Positions 1-8,804 of a DNA stretch of 64,000 nt are shown piece after piece (the first letter of the stretch is position 1; each line of letters starts with the position of its first letter). A program made the translations under genes and the position numbers. Below the pieces are notes generated by a model. It ran no database searches. It saw nothing but the letters and a program-made list of their open reading frames with translations, and had not been told where the DNA came from. Source of the stretch: Alphaproteobacteria bacterium (GTDB lineage Bacteria > Pseudomonadota > Alphaproteobacteria > UBA828); assembly GCA_965248825.1 (NCBI GenBank), contig CBDFKL010000006.1, positions 1,025,893 through 1,089,892 of the forward strand, given 5' to 3'.

Positions 1-795
1 CTGGCGGTCATTTTCGGCATGATGCGGGTCATCAATCTGGCCCATGGCGAGTTTCTGATGCTCGGCGCCTACGCGGTCGTCGTCTCGACCAAGGCGGGCA
101 TCAACTTCTGGGTGTCGATGCTGGTCATCGCCCCGCTCTTCGTCGGCATCGTCGGCGTGATCGTCGAGCGCTTCATCGTCCGCTTCCTCTATGGCCGCAT
201 GATGGACACGCTCATCGCGACCTGGGGTCTAAGCCTGCTCTTCATCGGCATTATCACGACGATCTTCGGCAACGCGACCGAGAGCGTGGTTTCGCCGCTG
301 GGCAGTTTCGAGATCGGCGAATTCGCCGAGAGCCAGTACCGGCTGTTCGTCATCTTCCTCGGCGTTCTCGTCGTGGCGGTGATCTTCGCGGTGCTGCGCT
401 ATTCGCGCGCCGGGCTGATCGCCCGCGGCACGATGCAGAACGCCGACATGGCGGCCGCGCTCGGGATCAGCCCGCAGCTGGTCTACACGATCACCTTCGG
501 CGTCGGCGCCGCGCTGACCGGCCTCGCCGGCGCGGCGCTCGCGCCGGTGAGCGGCTTGCTGCCGACGATGGGCGTCACCTTCATCGCGAAGGCGTTCATC
601 ACCGTGATCGGAGGGGGCGAGGCGATCGTCACCGGCACCTCCTCGGCCGCCGCCCTGTTCGGCACCGTAAACCAGGTCACCACCTTCCTCACGACGCCGG
701 TCATGGGCGACGTCGCCTTGCTGATCGCCGCCGTCATCCTGCTCCGCCTGTTGCCGCAGGGCATCACCGGCCGGTTCTTCCGCCGATGGCTGTGA
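1..795 (+). CDS. livH: Branched-chain amino acid ABC transporter permease (LivH family), 5'-truncated at window edge
   Basis: In-frame translation continues to nt 1 (LAVIFGMMRVINLAHGEFLMLGAYAV...), the hydrophobic LivH-type permease signature. Stop TGA at 793-795 overlaps the next permease start (ATGGCTGTGA). Confidence 0.8.
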   Translation: MAVIFGMMRVINLAHGEFLMLGAYAVVVSTKAGINFWVSMLVIAPLFVGIVGVIVERFIVRFLYGRMMDTLIATWGLSLLFIGIITTIFGNATESVVSPLGSFEIGEFAESQYRLFVIFLGVLVVAVIFAVLRYSRAGLIARGTMQNADMAAALGISPQLVYTITFGVGAALTGLAGAALAPVSGLLPTMGVTFIAKAFITVIGGGEAIVTGTSSAAALFGTVNQVTTFLTTPVMGDVALLIAAVILLRLLPQGITGRFFRRWL

Positions 796-1835
796 AATTC
801 ACCGCCGACGGCCTGACGGTCGGGCGTCTTTCGCCGGCTCTGACCGGCTCGGTCGCGCTCTGCACGGTCATCGTCCTGGTCCTGGTCATCCTGCCCCTCG
901 CCGTCTCCGATATCTTCATCCTTCTGCAACTCACCCTCTTCATGGCCTACGGTATCCTCGCCATGAGCCTCGGCTGGGTCTGGGGCTATGGCGGGATTTT
1001 CAGCTTCGGCCAGGCGACGTTCTACGGCCTCGGCGGCTACACCTATGCCGTGGTCTCCATCAATATGGGCGGCAGCACGACGGCGCTCGTCGCCGGCATC
1101 GGCGTGCCCACAGCCTTCGCCTTTTTCCTCGGCTATTTCATGTTCTACGGCCGGATCAGCACCGTCTATGTGGCCGTGATCACGCTCGTCGTGTCGCTCA
1201 TCTTCTACAAATTCCTCGGCCATACGGCCGGCTACGAATACACGATCGGCACGGCTCATCTCGGCGGCTTCAACGGCATGCCCGCCCTGCCGCCGATCAA
1301 CCTTCCGGGCGATCCGATGAAGCTCATCTACCCGGAGGACATGTTCCTGATCACCGGGATCTGCCTCCTGCTGGTCTATGTCGGGCTGCGCCTCCTGATG
1401 CGCTCGCCGTTCGGACGGGCGGTCGCGGCGGTGCGCGAGAATGAGCTCCGAGCGGAGCTGTTGGGTTACGACACCCGGTTCTACAAAATGGCCACCTTCG
1501 GGATCGGCGGCACGGTCGCCGGTCTTGCGGGCGTGCTCTACGCCAATTGGAACTCCTATGTCAGCCCGACCGTGTTCGATCTGGGCTTCAGCGCGCAAAT
1601 CATCATCTGGGTGGTGGTCGGCGGGCTCGGCACCCTGGTCGGGCCGCTGATCGGCGCAATGCTGCTCGGCTTCGCGACGATCGAGCTCGGCACCCAGCGC
1701 GCTGTCGACGTCAACCTGATCCTTGGAGTCATCCTCGTCCTGTTCGTGCTCGCCGTGCCCGAAGGCGTCGCCTCGCAAATCCGCGCGCTCTCCATGCGGC
1801 TGATGGAGCGCGGCCAAAGCGCAAGCCGGCCGTGA
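786..1835 (+). CDS. livM: Branched-chain amino acid ABC transporter permease (LivM family)
   Basis: 349-aa polytopic membrane protein with a LivM-like pattern (GYGGIFSFGQATFYGLGGY...). Start overlaps the upstream LivH-like stop by 10 nt, as expected for a permease pair. Confidence 0.8.
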   Translation: MAVKFTADGLTVGRLSPALTGSVALCTVIVLVLVILPLAVSDIFILLQLTLFMAYGILAMSLGWVWGYGGIFSFGQATFYGLGGYTYAVVSINMGGSTTALVAGIGVPTAFAFFLGYFMFYGRISTVYVAVITLVVSLIFYKFLGHTAGYEYTIGTAHLGGFNGMPALPPINLPGDPMKLIYPEDMFLITGICLLLVYVGLRLLMRSPFGRAVAAVRENELRAELLGYDTRFYKMATFGIGGTVAGLAGVLYANWNSYVSPTVFDLGFSAQIIIWVVVGGLGTLVGPLIGAMLLGFATIELGTQRAVDVNLILGVILVLFVLAVPEGVASQIRALSMRLMERGQSASRP

Positions 1836-1850
1836 CCGCCGCGTGAGCCG

Positions 1851-2846
1851 TTAGTCGCCGCGGGCCGGGGCGTCGGCTTCATCGCGCAGCCGCGCCAGCG
1901 CCTGTCCATGAATCTCCGGATCGACATTACCGCCGGAGAGGATCACCCCGACTTTCTTGCCCGCCATCGCGGCCCGCTCCTTGATCAGGGCGGCGAGCGG
2001 GGCGGCGCCGGCACCCTCGGCGAGATTGTGAGTGTCGGCATAGTAGGCGGCCATGGCATCCAGCATCTCGTCGTCGGACACGGTCACGACCCGGGCGCAA
2101 CCGGCGAGAATCGCCTCGAGGGCCTCGGGCGACGGCACCCGGGTCGCGATGCCGTCACCGACCGCGGTCTCTGAACGATTGGTCGAGACCGGCCGTTCGG
2201 CTTCGAAACTGAGCGCGTAACAGGCCGCACCCTCGGCGACGACGCCGATGATCTCCGTCTTGAGGCCGAGCGCCGCGCGCACCCCCATCAACCCGCAGAT
2301 ACCCGAGCCGAGCCCGATCGGCACATAGACCGCATCGAGATCGGATACGGCCGTGAACAGCTCGAGCGCGTAAGTGCCGACGCCGCGCACTAGACGCATG
2401 TCGAAGGAGGGCACCAAGGTCAGGCTTTCCTCGGCCGCCAGCATCCGGGCGTGGTCCAGCGCGGCTTCGAAATCGACGCCCTGGACCACCAGATCGGCGC
2501 CGAACCCGCGCATCGCGGCGTTCTTTCCGGAGGCGTTGCCTTCCGGCACCACCAGGGTCGCGGCGATGCCGAGGCGGGCGCCCGCGAAAGCGACGCTCTG
2601 ACCGTGATTGCCCCGTGTGGCGCTGATCACCCCGTTGACCGGACCATGCCGGCGCAGATCGTCCATGAAGACCAAGCCGCCCCGCACCTTGAAGGCGCCG
2701 ATCGGCGTGTGGTTCTCGTGCTTGACCCAGACCTCGGCGCCGGTCCGATGCGCCAGAAGCGGCCAGGCGATCTGCGGCGTCGGGGTGAGGATCGAGTGGA
2801 CCAGCGCGGCGGCATCCTCGAACTCGGTTCGGGTCGGCAATGGCAT
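1851..2846 (-). CDS. Threonine/serine dehydratase family PLP enzyme (threonine ammonia-lyase-like)
   Basis: VWVKHENHTPIGAFKVRGG ... ISATRGNHGQSVAF ... GLGSG motifs of fold-type II PLP dehydratases. Start set at ATG (MPLPTRTEF...) preceded by GGAGC. The longer track ORF upstream overlaps the divergent neighbour. Confidence 0.75.
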   Translation of the reverse strand: MPLPTRTEFEDAAALVHSILTPTPQIAWPLLAHRTGAEVWVKHENHTPIGAFKVRGGLVFMDDLRRHGPVNGVISATRGNHGQSVAFAGARLGIAATLVVPEGNASGKNAAMRGFGADLVVQGVDFEAALDHARMLAAEESLTLVPSFDMRLVRGVGTYALELFTAVSDLDAVYVPIGLGSGICGLMGVRAALGLKTEIIGVVAEGAACYALSFEAERPVSTNRSETAVGDGIATRVPSPEALEAILAGCARVVTVSDDEMLDAMAAYYADTHNLAEGAGAAPLAALIKERAAMAGKKVGVILSGGNVDPEIHGQALARLRDEADAPARGD

Positions 2847-2949
2847 CACGATGCTCCTTCGGTCAGCGGCGCGCCCAGGATAGCAGGCTCCGACCGTTGC
2901 ATCGCGGGCGCCGGCCTGTACGCTGTCGATGCCGATCAGAGGAGAGGCG

Positions 2950-4554
2950 ATGGAGGTCCTGCGCTCGACGGTCGATCCGGCCTCGGACGAATTCAAGAAC
3001 AACGAAGCGGCGATGCGGGCGCAGGTCGAGGAGCTCGCCGCGCACCACGCGCGGGTGCGGGAAGGCGGGCCCGCTCGGGCGCGCGACAAGCATCGCGAGC
3101 GGGGCAAGATGCTGCCGCGCGAGCGGCTGGCGGCGTTGATCGATCAGGGCTCAGAGTTCCTGGAGCTGTCGGCGCTCGCCGCTCACGGCCTCTACGGCGA
3201 GGACATTCCGGGCGCAGGCCTCATCACCGGAATCGCCCGGATCGAGGGGCGCGAATGCGTCGCGATCATCAATGACGCGACGGTCAAGGGCGGCACCTAC
3301 TACCCGATGACCGTCAAGAAGCACATCCGCGCCCAGGAGATCGCCGAGGAGAACCGGCTGCCCTGTCTCTACCTGGTGGATTCGGGCGGGGCGAACCTGC
3401 CGCATCAGGACGAGGTCTTTCCGGACCGCGAGCATTTCGGCCGCATCTTCTACAACCAGGCCCGCATGTCGGCGAAGGGCATCGCGCAGATCGCCGTCGT
3501 GATGGGCTCGTGCACCGCGGGCGGCGCCTATGTGCCGGCGATGTCCGACGAGACCATCATCGTCAAGAACCAGGGAACGATCTTCCTGGGCGGCCCGCCC
3601 CTGGTCAAAGCGGCGACCGGAGAGGAGGTCAGCGCCGAGGAGCTCGGGGGCGCCGACGTTCACACGCGCCTCTCCGGCGTCGCCGACCAGATGGCGGCGG
3701 ACGATGCGGACGCCATAGACCGGGCCCGCGCCATCGTCGCCCGGCTCAATCGGCCGCCGCCGTCGGCGCCGCCGGCCGCCGGCACGGCGCCGGCCTATGA
3801 TCCGGCCGAAATCTACGGCATCGTGCCGGCCTCGCTGCGCAAGATGTTCAACATGCGCGAAGTCATCGCGCGGATCGTCGACGGCAGCGGGTTCGACGAA
3901 TTCAAGGCCCGCTACGGGGCCACCCTGGTCACGGGCTTCGCGCGCATCGACGGTCATCTCGTCGGAATTGTCGCCAATAACGGGATCCTGTTCTCGGAAT
4001 CGGCGCTCAAGGGAGCGCACTTCATCGAGCTGTGCTGCCAACGCGGCATCCCGTTGCTTTTCCTCCAGAACATCGTCGGCTTCATGGTCGGCAAGCGATA
4101 CGAACAGGGCGGCATCGCGAAGGACGGCGCCAAGCTCGTCATGGCAGTCTCGTGCGCCGACGTGCCGAAGCTGACCGTGATCATCGGCGGCAGTTTCGGC
4201 GCGGGCAATTACGGCATGTGCGGGCGCGCCTTCGGACCGCGCTTCCTCTGGATGTGGCCGAACGCGCGGATCTCGGTGATGGGCGGCGAGCAGGCGGCGA
4301 GCGTGCTCGCCCGCGTGCGCCGCGATCGCCTCGAGGCGGACGGCAAGGAGTGGACCGAGGCCGAAGAGGCGTCGTTCAAGGCACCGATCCGCGCGCAGTA
4401 TGAGGAGCAAGGGCATCCCTACTACGCTGCGGCGCGCCTCTGGCATGACGGGGTGATCGACCCCGCCGAGACGCGGACGGTACTGGCGCGGGCCCTCGCG
4501 GTCGTCGCCAACGGCCCGACCGAGGCGACGCGCTTCGGCGTTTTCAGAATGTAG
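2950..4554 (+). CDS. liuB: Acyl-CoA carboxylase carboxyltransferase beta subunit (methylcrotonoyl-CoA carboxylase beta, LiuB/AtuC type)
   Basis: About 535 aa with a strong match to the MCC-beta pattern ([60 protein letters not shown]..., C-terminal [21 protein letters not shown]). Start at second ATG after a GAGGAGAGG ribosome-binding site. Confidence 0.85.
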   Translation: MEVLRSTVDPASDEFKNNEAAMRAQVEELAAHHARVREGGPARARDKHRERGKMLPRERLAALIDQGSEFLELSALAAHGLYGEDIPGAGLITGIARIEGRECVAIINDATVKGGTYYPMTVKKHIRAQEIAEENRLPCLYLVDSGGANLPHQDEVFPDREHFGRIFYNQARMSAKGIAQIAVVMGSCTAGGAYVPAMSDETIIVKNQGTIFLGGPPLVKAATGEEVSAEELGGADVHTRLSGVADQMAADDADAIDRARAIVARLNRPPPSAPPAAGTAPAYDPAEIYGIVPASLRKMFNMREVIARIVDGSGFDEFKARYGATLVTGFARIDGHLVGIVANNGILFSESALKGAHFIELCCQRGIPLLFLQNIVGFMVGKRYEQGGIAKDGAKLVMAVSCADVPKLTVIIGGSFGAGNYGMCGRAFGPRFLWMWPNARISVMGGEQAASVLARVRRDRLEADGKEWTEAEEASFKAPIRAQYEEQGHPYYAAARLWHDGVIDPAETRTVLARALAVVANGPTEATRFGVFRM

Positions 4555-4558
4555 CGCC

Positions 4559-5344
4559 ATGCCGGACGAGACCGTTCTGGTCACCATCGATGATGCCGTT
4601 GCCACGGTCACGCTCAACCGGCCGCAGACCCACAACGCGTTCGACGACGCGCTGGTCGCTCTGCTGACGCGAACGCTCGGCGCTCTCGGCGAGCGCCGCG
4701 ATATCCGCGTCGTCGTGCTCGCCGGGCGCGGCAAATCCTTCTGCGCCGGCGCCGATCTCACCTCCATGAAGAGGACCAGCGGCTTCTCGGAGGCGGAGAA
4801 CGCCGCCGACGCCCTCGCCCTCGCGCGGCTCCTCATCACGCTGGGCGGCATGAAGCAGCCGACCGTAGCGCTGGTCCAGGGGCCCGCCTATGGCGGCGGC
4901 GTCGGGCTGGTCAGCGCCTGCGATATCGCGATCGCGGCCGAGACCGCGTTGTTCGCGCTGACCGAGGTGCGCCTCGGCCTGGTTCCGGCGGTGATCAGCC
5001 CGTTCGTGATCAGAGCGATCGGCGAGTCTCAGAGCCGGCGCCTGGTGCTGACCGGCGAGCGGTTCAGCGCCGATACCGCCGCGCGGATCGGGTTGGTGCA
5101 CGACGTCGTTCCCGCCGAGATGCTCGCCGAACGGGGCCAGGCGGTCGTCAAGACGCTGCTGCAAGGATCGCCCGACGCCCAGCGCCGCGCGAAAGAGCTG
5201 ATCAGCGCCGTGTCGGGCAAGCCGATCGACGAGGCCTTGGCCGCGGAGGTTGCGCGGCGCATCGCGGAGGCGCGGGCCTCGGAAGACGGGAAGGAAGGCA
5301 TTGCCGCCTTTCTCGAGAAACGGACGCCTCGATGGCAGTCGTGA
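4559..5344 (+). CDS. liuC: Enoyl-CoA hydratase/isomerase family (methylglutaconyl-CoA hydratase-like, LiuC type)
   Basis: Crotonase fold (NRPQTHNAFD ... FCAGADL ... GGGVGLVSACDIAIAAE). Starts 5 nt after the carboxylase beta stop, the classic liuB-liuC arrangement. Confidence 0.8.
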   Translation: MPDETVLVTIDDAVATVTLNRPQTHNAFDDALVALLTRTLGALGERRDIRVVVLAGRGKSFCAGADLTSMKRTSGFSEAENAADALALARLLITLGGMKQPTVALVQGPAYGGGVGLVSACDIAIAAETALFALTEVRLGLVPAVISPFVIRAIGESQSRRLVLTGERFSADTAARIGLVHDVVPAEMLAERGQAVVKTLLQGSPDAQRRAKELISAVSGKPIDEALAAEVARRIAEARASEDGKEGIAAFLEKRTPRWQS

Positions 5345-5384
5345 ACGGAAGGGGCGATCGGGCGGCGGTCGTCGCGGGGGTGTC

Positions 5385-5816
5385 GTGCCGCTGCACCTCC
5401 TGAAGCTTGCCGTCGGCATCGAGGGCGTGGACCATCTGCAGGCGGTTCAGGCCGAGCGGCGTCGGCGCGCGGGCCGCCTGGTGCACATCACCCGCTTCAC
5501 GCCGCGCCGCGCCGCGGAAATTCTGGCCGGCGGCTCTCTCTACTGGGTGGTCAAGCACCGCATTCGCGTGCGTCAACGTATCCTCCGCTTCGACCGGCAC
5601 GAGATCCCCGCCACCGGCGAGACCAAATGCGCGATCGTGCTGGACCACGAATTGATCGCGACCGACCCGGTGCACCGGCGCCCCCATCAGGGGTGGCGCT
5701 ATCTGGACGGTGCCGACGCGCCGCGCGATCTCGGCCCGGTCGGCACGATCGAGCTGCCCGAGGACGCGTTCCCGCCGGAGATGGCCGCGGAGCTCCGCGC
5801 GCTCGGCCTTCTCTAA
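5385..5816 (+). CDS. Conserved alphaproteobacterial hypothetical protein (DUF1489-like)
   Basis: About 143-aa ORF (VPLHLLKLAVGIEGVDHLQAVQAER...RFTPRRAAEILAGGSLYWVVKHRI...). Start assigned to the GTG just after the hydratase stop. The family assignment is from memory of DUF1489 architecture, not a search. Confidence 0.5.
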   Translation: MPLHLLKLAVGIEGVDHLQAVQAERRRRAGRLVHITRFTPRRAAEILAGGSLYWVVKHRIRVRQRILRFDRHEIPATGETKCAIVLDHELIATDPVHRRPHQGWRYLDGADAPRDLGPVGTIELPEDAFPPEMAAELRALGLL

Positions 5817-5877
5817 CCACCGCGCCCGCTTTCTATGCTAAATTTCGGAAGCTGTGAGCGACAAGCGGGAGCGGACC

Positions 5878-6501
5878 ATGAGCGGAACAGATTGGCATAT
5901 CAAGGGCGACTATTTCGAGACCTGCAGCTGCGATTATCTCTGCCCCTGCATCTTCACCAACATGACCGCGATGCCGACCGACGGCGTCTGCAAGGTCGCG
6001 ATCGTGCTGGACATCGCCGACGGACATTATGGCGAGGTTCAACTCGGCGGCGTCGCCTTCGTCACCGCGGTGATGGTCGCCGGGCCGATGGCCGACGGCA
6101 ACTGGACGGTCGGCTTGATCATCGACGACAAGGCGAGCGACGCGCAGGTCGAGGCCCTCGGCGAGATCTGCTCCGGCGATGAAGGCGGCCCGATGGCGTT
6201 GATGGCACCGCTCATCAGCAACTTTGCTGGCATCGAGCGGGCGCCGATCCAGATCGAGCGGCGGCCGATGGGCTTTTCGATCACCGCCGGCGATCTGCTG
6301 CGCCACGGGGCGGAGAGCATTCCGAGCCTCCCCGATCCCGCGCAGCCGATCTATATCGACAACACGGGGCATCCGGCGAACAAGCGGCTCGCGCTCGCCA
6401 AGGGGACGCACAGCCACCTCCACGCCTTCGGCATCGACTGGGACGACGCCGCGGGAAGCCATAACGGCCATTACGCGCCTTTCGACTGGCGCCCGACCTG
6501 A
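5878..6501 (+). CDS. DUF1326-like Cys-rich protein of unknown function
   Basis: N-terminal motif DYFETCSCDYLCPCIFTNM, the CxC(x4)CPC signature I associate with DUF1326. About 207 aa, soluble. Start taken at MSGTDWH. Confidence 0.6.
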   Translation: MSGTDWHIKGDYFETCSCDYLCPCIFTNMTAMPTDGVCKVAIVLDIADGHYGEVQLGGVAFVTAVMVAGPMADGNWTVGLIIDDKASDAQVEALGEICSGDEGGPMALMAPLISNFAGIERAPIQIERRPMGFSITAGDLLRHGAESIPSLPDPAQPIYIDNTGHPANKRLALAKGTHSHLHAFGIDWDDAAGSHNGHYAPFDWRPT

Positions 6502-6597
6502 CGCATTTCCGCCCGCGCGGAATCGTGCCGGCTCGCGTGCTCCTTCTCGAAGATCCTGACGAGGAGCGCGAAGCAGCCGTCATGAGAGGAATCGGCC

Positions 6598-7389
6598 ATG
6601 GGTTTTGAGACGATCGCCCTCGATCGTACGGAAGGGGTGGCGACGCTCACCCTCAGCCGGCCGGACAAGCTCAATAGCGTCAACGAGACGATGCACGCGG
6701 AAATCCGCGAGGCCCTCGCCGCGATCGAGGCCGACGCCGCGATCCGGGCCCTGCTGCTGACCGGTGCCGGACGGGCCTTCTGCGCCGGTCAGGACCTCTC
6801 GGATCCGGCCCTCGGCGAGACCGGCGGCCGCTCCGATCTGGGTGATACGTTGGAGCGAAACTACAATCCCCTGGTGCGGCGCCTGGCCACCATCGAGCTG
6901 CCGGTGGTCGCCGCGGTCAACGGCATCGCGGCCGGCGCAGGCGCCAATATCGCCCTCGCCTGCGATATCGTGCTGGCCGCCCGGTCGGCCGGCTTCCTTC
7001 AAGCCTTCTGCAAGATCGGGCTGATTCCCGATAGCGGTGGAACCCACGCCCTGCCTCGCCTCGTCGGGCCCGCCCGAGCCATGGGTCTCGCCATGTTGGG
7101 CGATATCCTCGACGCCGAAACGGCGGCGGCCTGGGGATTGATCTGGAAATGCGTCGACGACGACGCGCTGATGGACGAGGCCACCTCCCTCGCGCGTCAT
7201 CTCGCGAGCCAGCCGACCACGGGCCTTGCCCTGATCAAGCAGGCCATCCGATCCTCGGCCACCAACGACCTCGACACCCAGCTCGATCTCGAACGCGACC
7301 TGCAAAGGATCGCAGGTGCGACGGATGATTACCGAGAAGGCATCGCGGCGTTTCTCGAAAAGCGCAAGCCCGCCTTCCAGGGCCGTTGA
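6598..7389 (+). CDS. paaG: 2-(1,2-epoxy-1,2-dihydrophenyl)acetyl-CoA isomerase (PaaG; enoyl-CoA hydratase family)
   Basis: Near-collinear match to E. coli PaaG (TLTLSRPDKLNS.N..MHAEI...LLLTGAGRAFCAGQDLSD...ERNYNPLVRRLA...AVNGIAAGAGANIALACDIV.AARSA.F.QAF.KIGLIPD.GGT..LPRLVG.ARAMGLA.LG...AE.A..WGLIW..VDD..L...A..LARHLA.QPT.GLALIKQAI......LDTQLDLERD.QR.AG...DYREG..AFL.KR.P.F). GAGAGGAATCGGCC ribosome-binding site before the ATG. Confidence 0.85.
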   Translation: MGFETIALDRTEGVATLTLSRPDKLNSVNETMHAEIREALAAIEADAAIRALLLTGAGRAFCAGQDLSDPALGETGGRSDLGDTLERNYNPLVRRLATIELPVVAAVNGIAAGAGANIALACDIVLAARSAGFLQAFCKIGLIPDSGGTHALPRLVGPARAMGLAMLGDILDAETAAAWGLIWKCVDDDALMDEATSLARHLASQPTTGLALIKQAIRSSATNDLDTQLDLERDLQRIAGATDDYREGIAAFLEKRKPAFQGR

Positions 7390-7422
7390 ACCCGCGCCGC
7401 GCGGATCGATGGCGCCGGTCCC

Positions 7423-8793
7423 GTGAGCGCGGCTCCCGATCCACCGCCGCAGCCGCTCGATCCCATCGAGACCGCGAGCCGCGACGAGATCGAGGCGCTG
7501 CAGGCCGATCGCCTGCGCCGGACGCTGCGCCACGCCTACGACAATGTCGCCCACTATCGCTCACGCTTCGATGCTCTCGGCCTTTGCCCCGACGATGTGG
7601 ACATGCCGGCCGACATCACCAAGCTTCCGTTCACCGAAAAAGAGGATTTGCGGGCGAACTATCCGTTCGGGCTCCTTGCCGTGTCCCGGCAGCGGATCGC
7701 CCGCATCCATGCCTCGAGCGGAACCACCGGCCACCCGACCGTCGTCGGCCACACCATGCGGGACATCGAGGTCTGGGCCGGTCTGATGGCCCGATCCATT
7801 CGGGCGGCCGGCGGCCGGGCGGGGGACGTCGCCCATGTCGCCTACGGTTACGGCCTGTTCACCGGCGGTCTCGGCGCCCATTACGGCGCCGAGCTTCTGG
7901 GCTGCACGGTGATCCCGGTGTCCGGCGGCATGACGGAGCGCCAAGTCCGGATCATCGACGACCTCAAACCGGATATCATCCTGGTGACGCCGTCCTACAT
8001 GCTGGCCATTGCGGACGAGTTCGAGCGGCAGGGTCTCGATCCCGCCGAGTCTTCGCTCAGGGTCGGCGTGTTCGGCGCGGAACCGTGGACCGAACCGATG
8101 CGCCGGGAAATCGAGGCGCGCTTCGCCATCCACGCCGTCGATATCTACGGTCTCTCGGAGCTGATGGGGCCCGGCGTCGCCTGCGAATGCGTCGAGACCA
8201 AGGACGGCCTGCATCTATGGGAAGATCATTTCTTCCCCGAGATCGTCGATCCGGCGACCGGCGAACCCTTGCCCGACGGAGCGCGGGGCGAGCTCGTCCT
8301 CACGACCTTGAGCCGCGAAGCCATGCCCTTGATCCGCTATCGGACACGCGATCTCACCCGGCTCCTCCCCGGCACCGCCCGAGCCATGCGCCGGCTGGAG
8401 AGGATCACCGGCCGGTCCGACGACATGCTGATCATTCGCGGAGTCAATCTCTTCCCGAGCCAGATCGAGGCGTTGATCCTTCGCATTCCCGATCTCGCCC
8501 CTCACTACCTGCTCGAAGTCCGGCGCGACGGCCGCCTCGACGAACTCGTCGTTCGCGTCGAGGCCCGGGCGGAGACGGTGGACGAACCCGGCCGCCGTGA
8601 TCAGAGCGCGGCGGCTCTCCAGCGTGACATCAAGTCGGTGATCGGGATCAGCGCGAGCGTTCGTATCGCTTCGCCCGGCGAGATCGAGCGCTCCGCCGGC
8701 AAGGCCAAGCGGGTCGTCGATCTCCGGCCCGTCGGCGAGCCTGCCTTGGCTTCGCTATATACTGAAGCCTCCGGATCTCGGCAGCCGGAATGA
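7423..8793 (+). CDS. paaK: Phenylacetate-CoA ligase (PaaK)
   Basis: Very high similarity across the full length to E. coli PaaK (LDPIETAS.DE..ALQ..RL..TL.HAY.NV..YR..FDA.G..PDD ... RIHASSGTTG.PTVVG.T..DI..WA...ARS.RAAGG...D..HVAYGYGLFTGGLGAHYGAE.LG.TVIP.SGG.TE.Q...I.D..PD.I.VTPSY.L....E.ERQ ... LRVGVFGAEPWT..MR.EIE.R..I.A.DIYGLSE.MGPGVA.EC.ET.DG...WEDHF.PEIV.P..G.PL.DG..GEL..TTL..EA.P.IRYRTRDLTRLLPGTAR.MRR..RI.GRSDDMLIIRGVN.FPSQ). GTG start is the first start codon after the paaG stop. Confidence 0.9.
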   Translation: MSAAPDPPPQPLDPIETASRDEIEALQADRLRRTLRHAYDNVAHYRSRFDALGLCPDDVDMPADITKLPFTEKEDLRANYPFGLLAVSRQRIARIHASSGTTGHPTVVGHTMRDIEVWAGLMARSIRAAGGRAGDVAHVAYGYGLFTGGLGAHYGAELLGCTVIPVSGGMTERQVRIIDDLKPDIILVTPSYMLAIADEFERQGLDPAESSLRVGVFGAEPWTEPMRREIEARFAIHAVDIYGLSELMGPGVACECVETKDGLHLWEDHFFPEIVDPATGEPLPDGARGELVLTTLSREAMPLIRYRTRDLTRLLPGTARAMRRLERITGRSDDMLIIRGVNLFPSQIEALILRIPDLAPHYLLEVRRDGRLDELVVRVEARAETVDEPGRRDQSAAALQRDIKSVIGISASVRIASPGEIERSAGKAKRVVDLRPVGEPALASLYTEASGSRQPE

Positions 8794-8804
8794 GGAGACG
8801 GGCG

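Noticed and set aside
8790-8804. Alternative start of the diiron gene at ATG 8790 overlapping the paaK stop (ATGA)
   Set aside because: It is possible, but the downstream ATG at 8805 has a much better GAGGAG ribosome-binding site at optimal spacing. I used 8805 and noted that both starts imply coupling.
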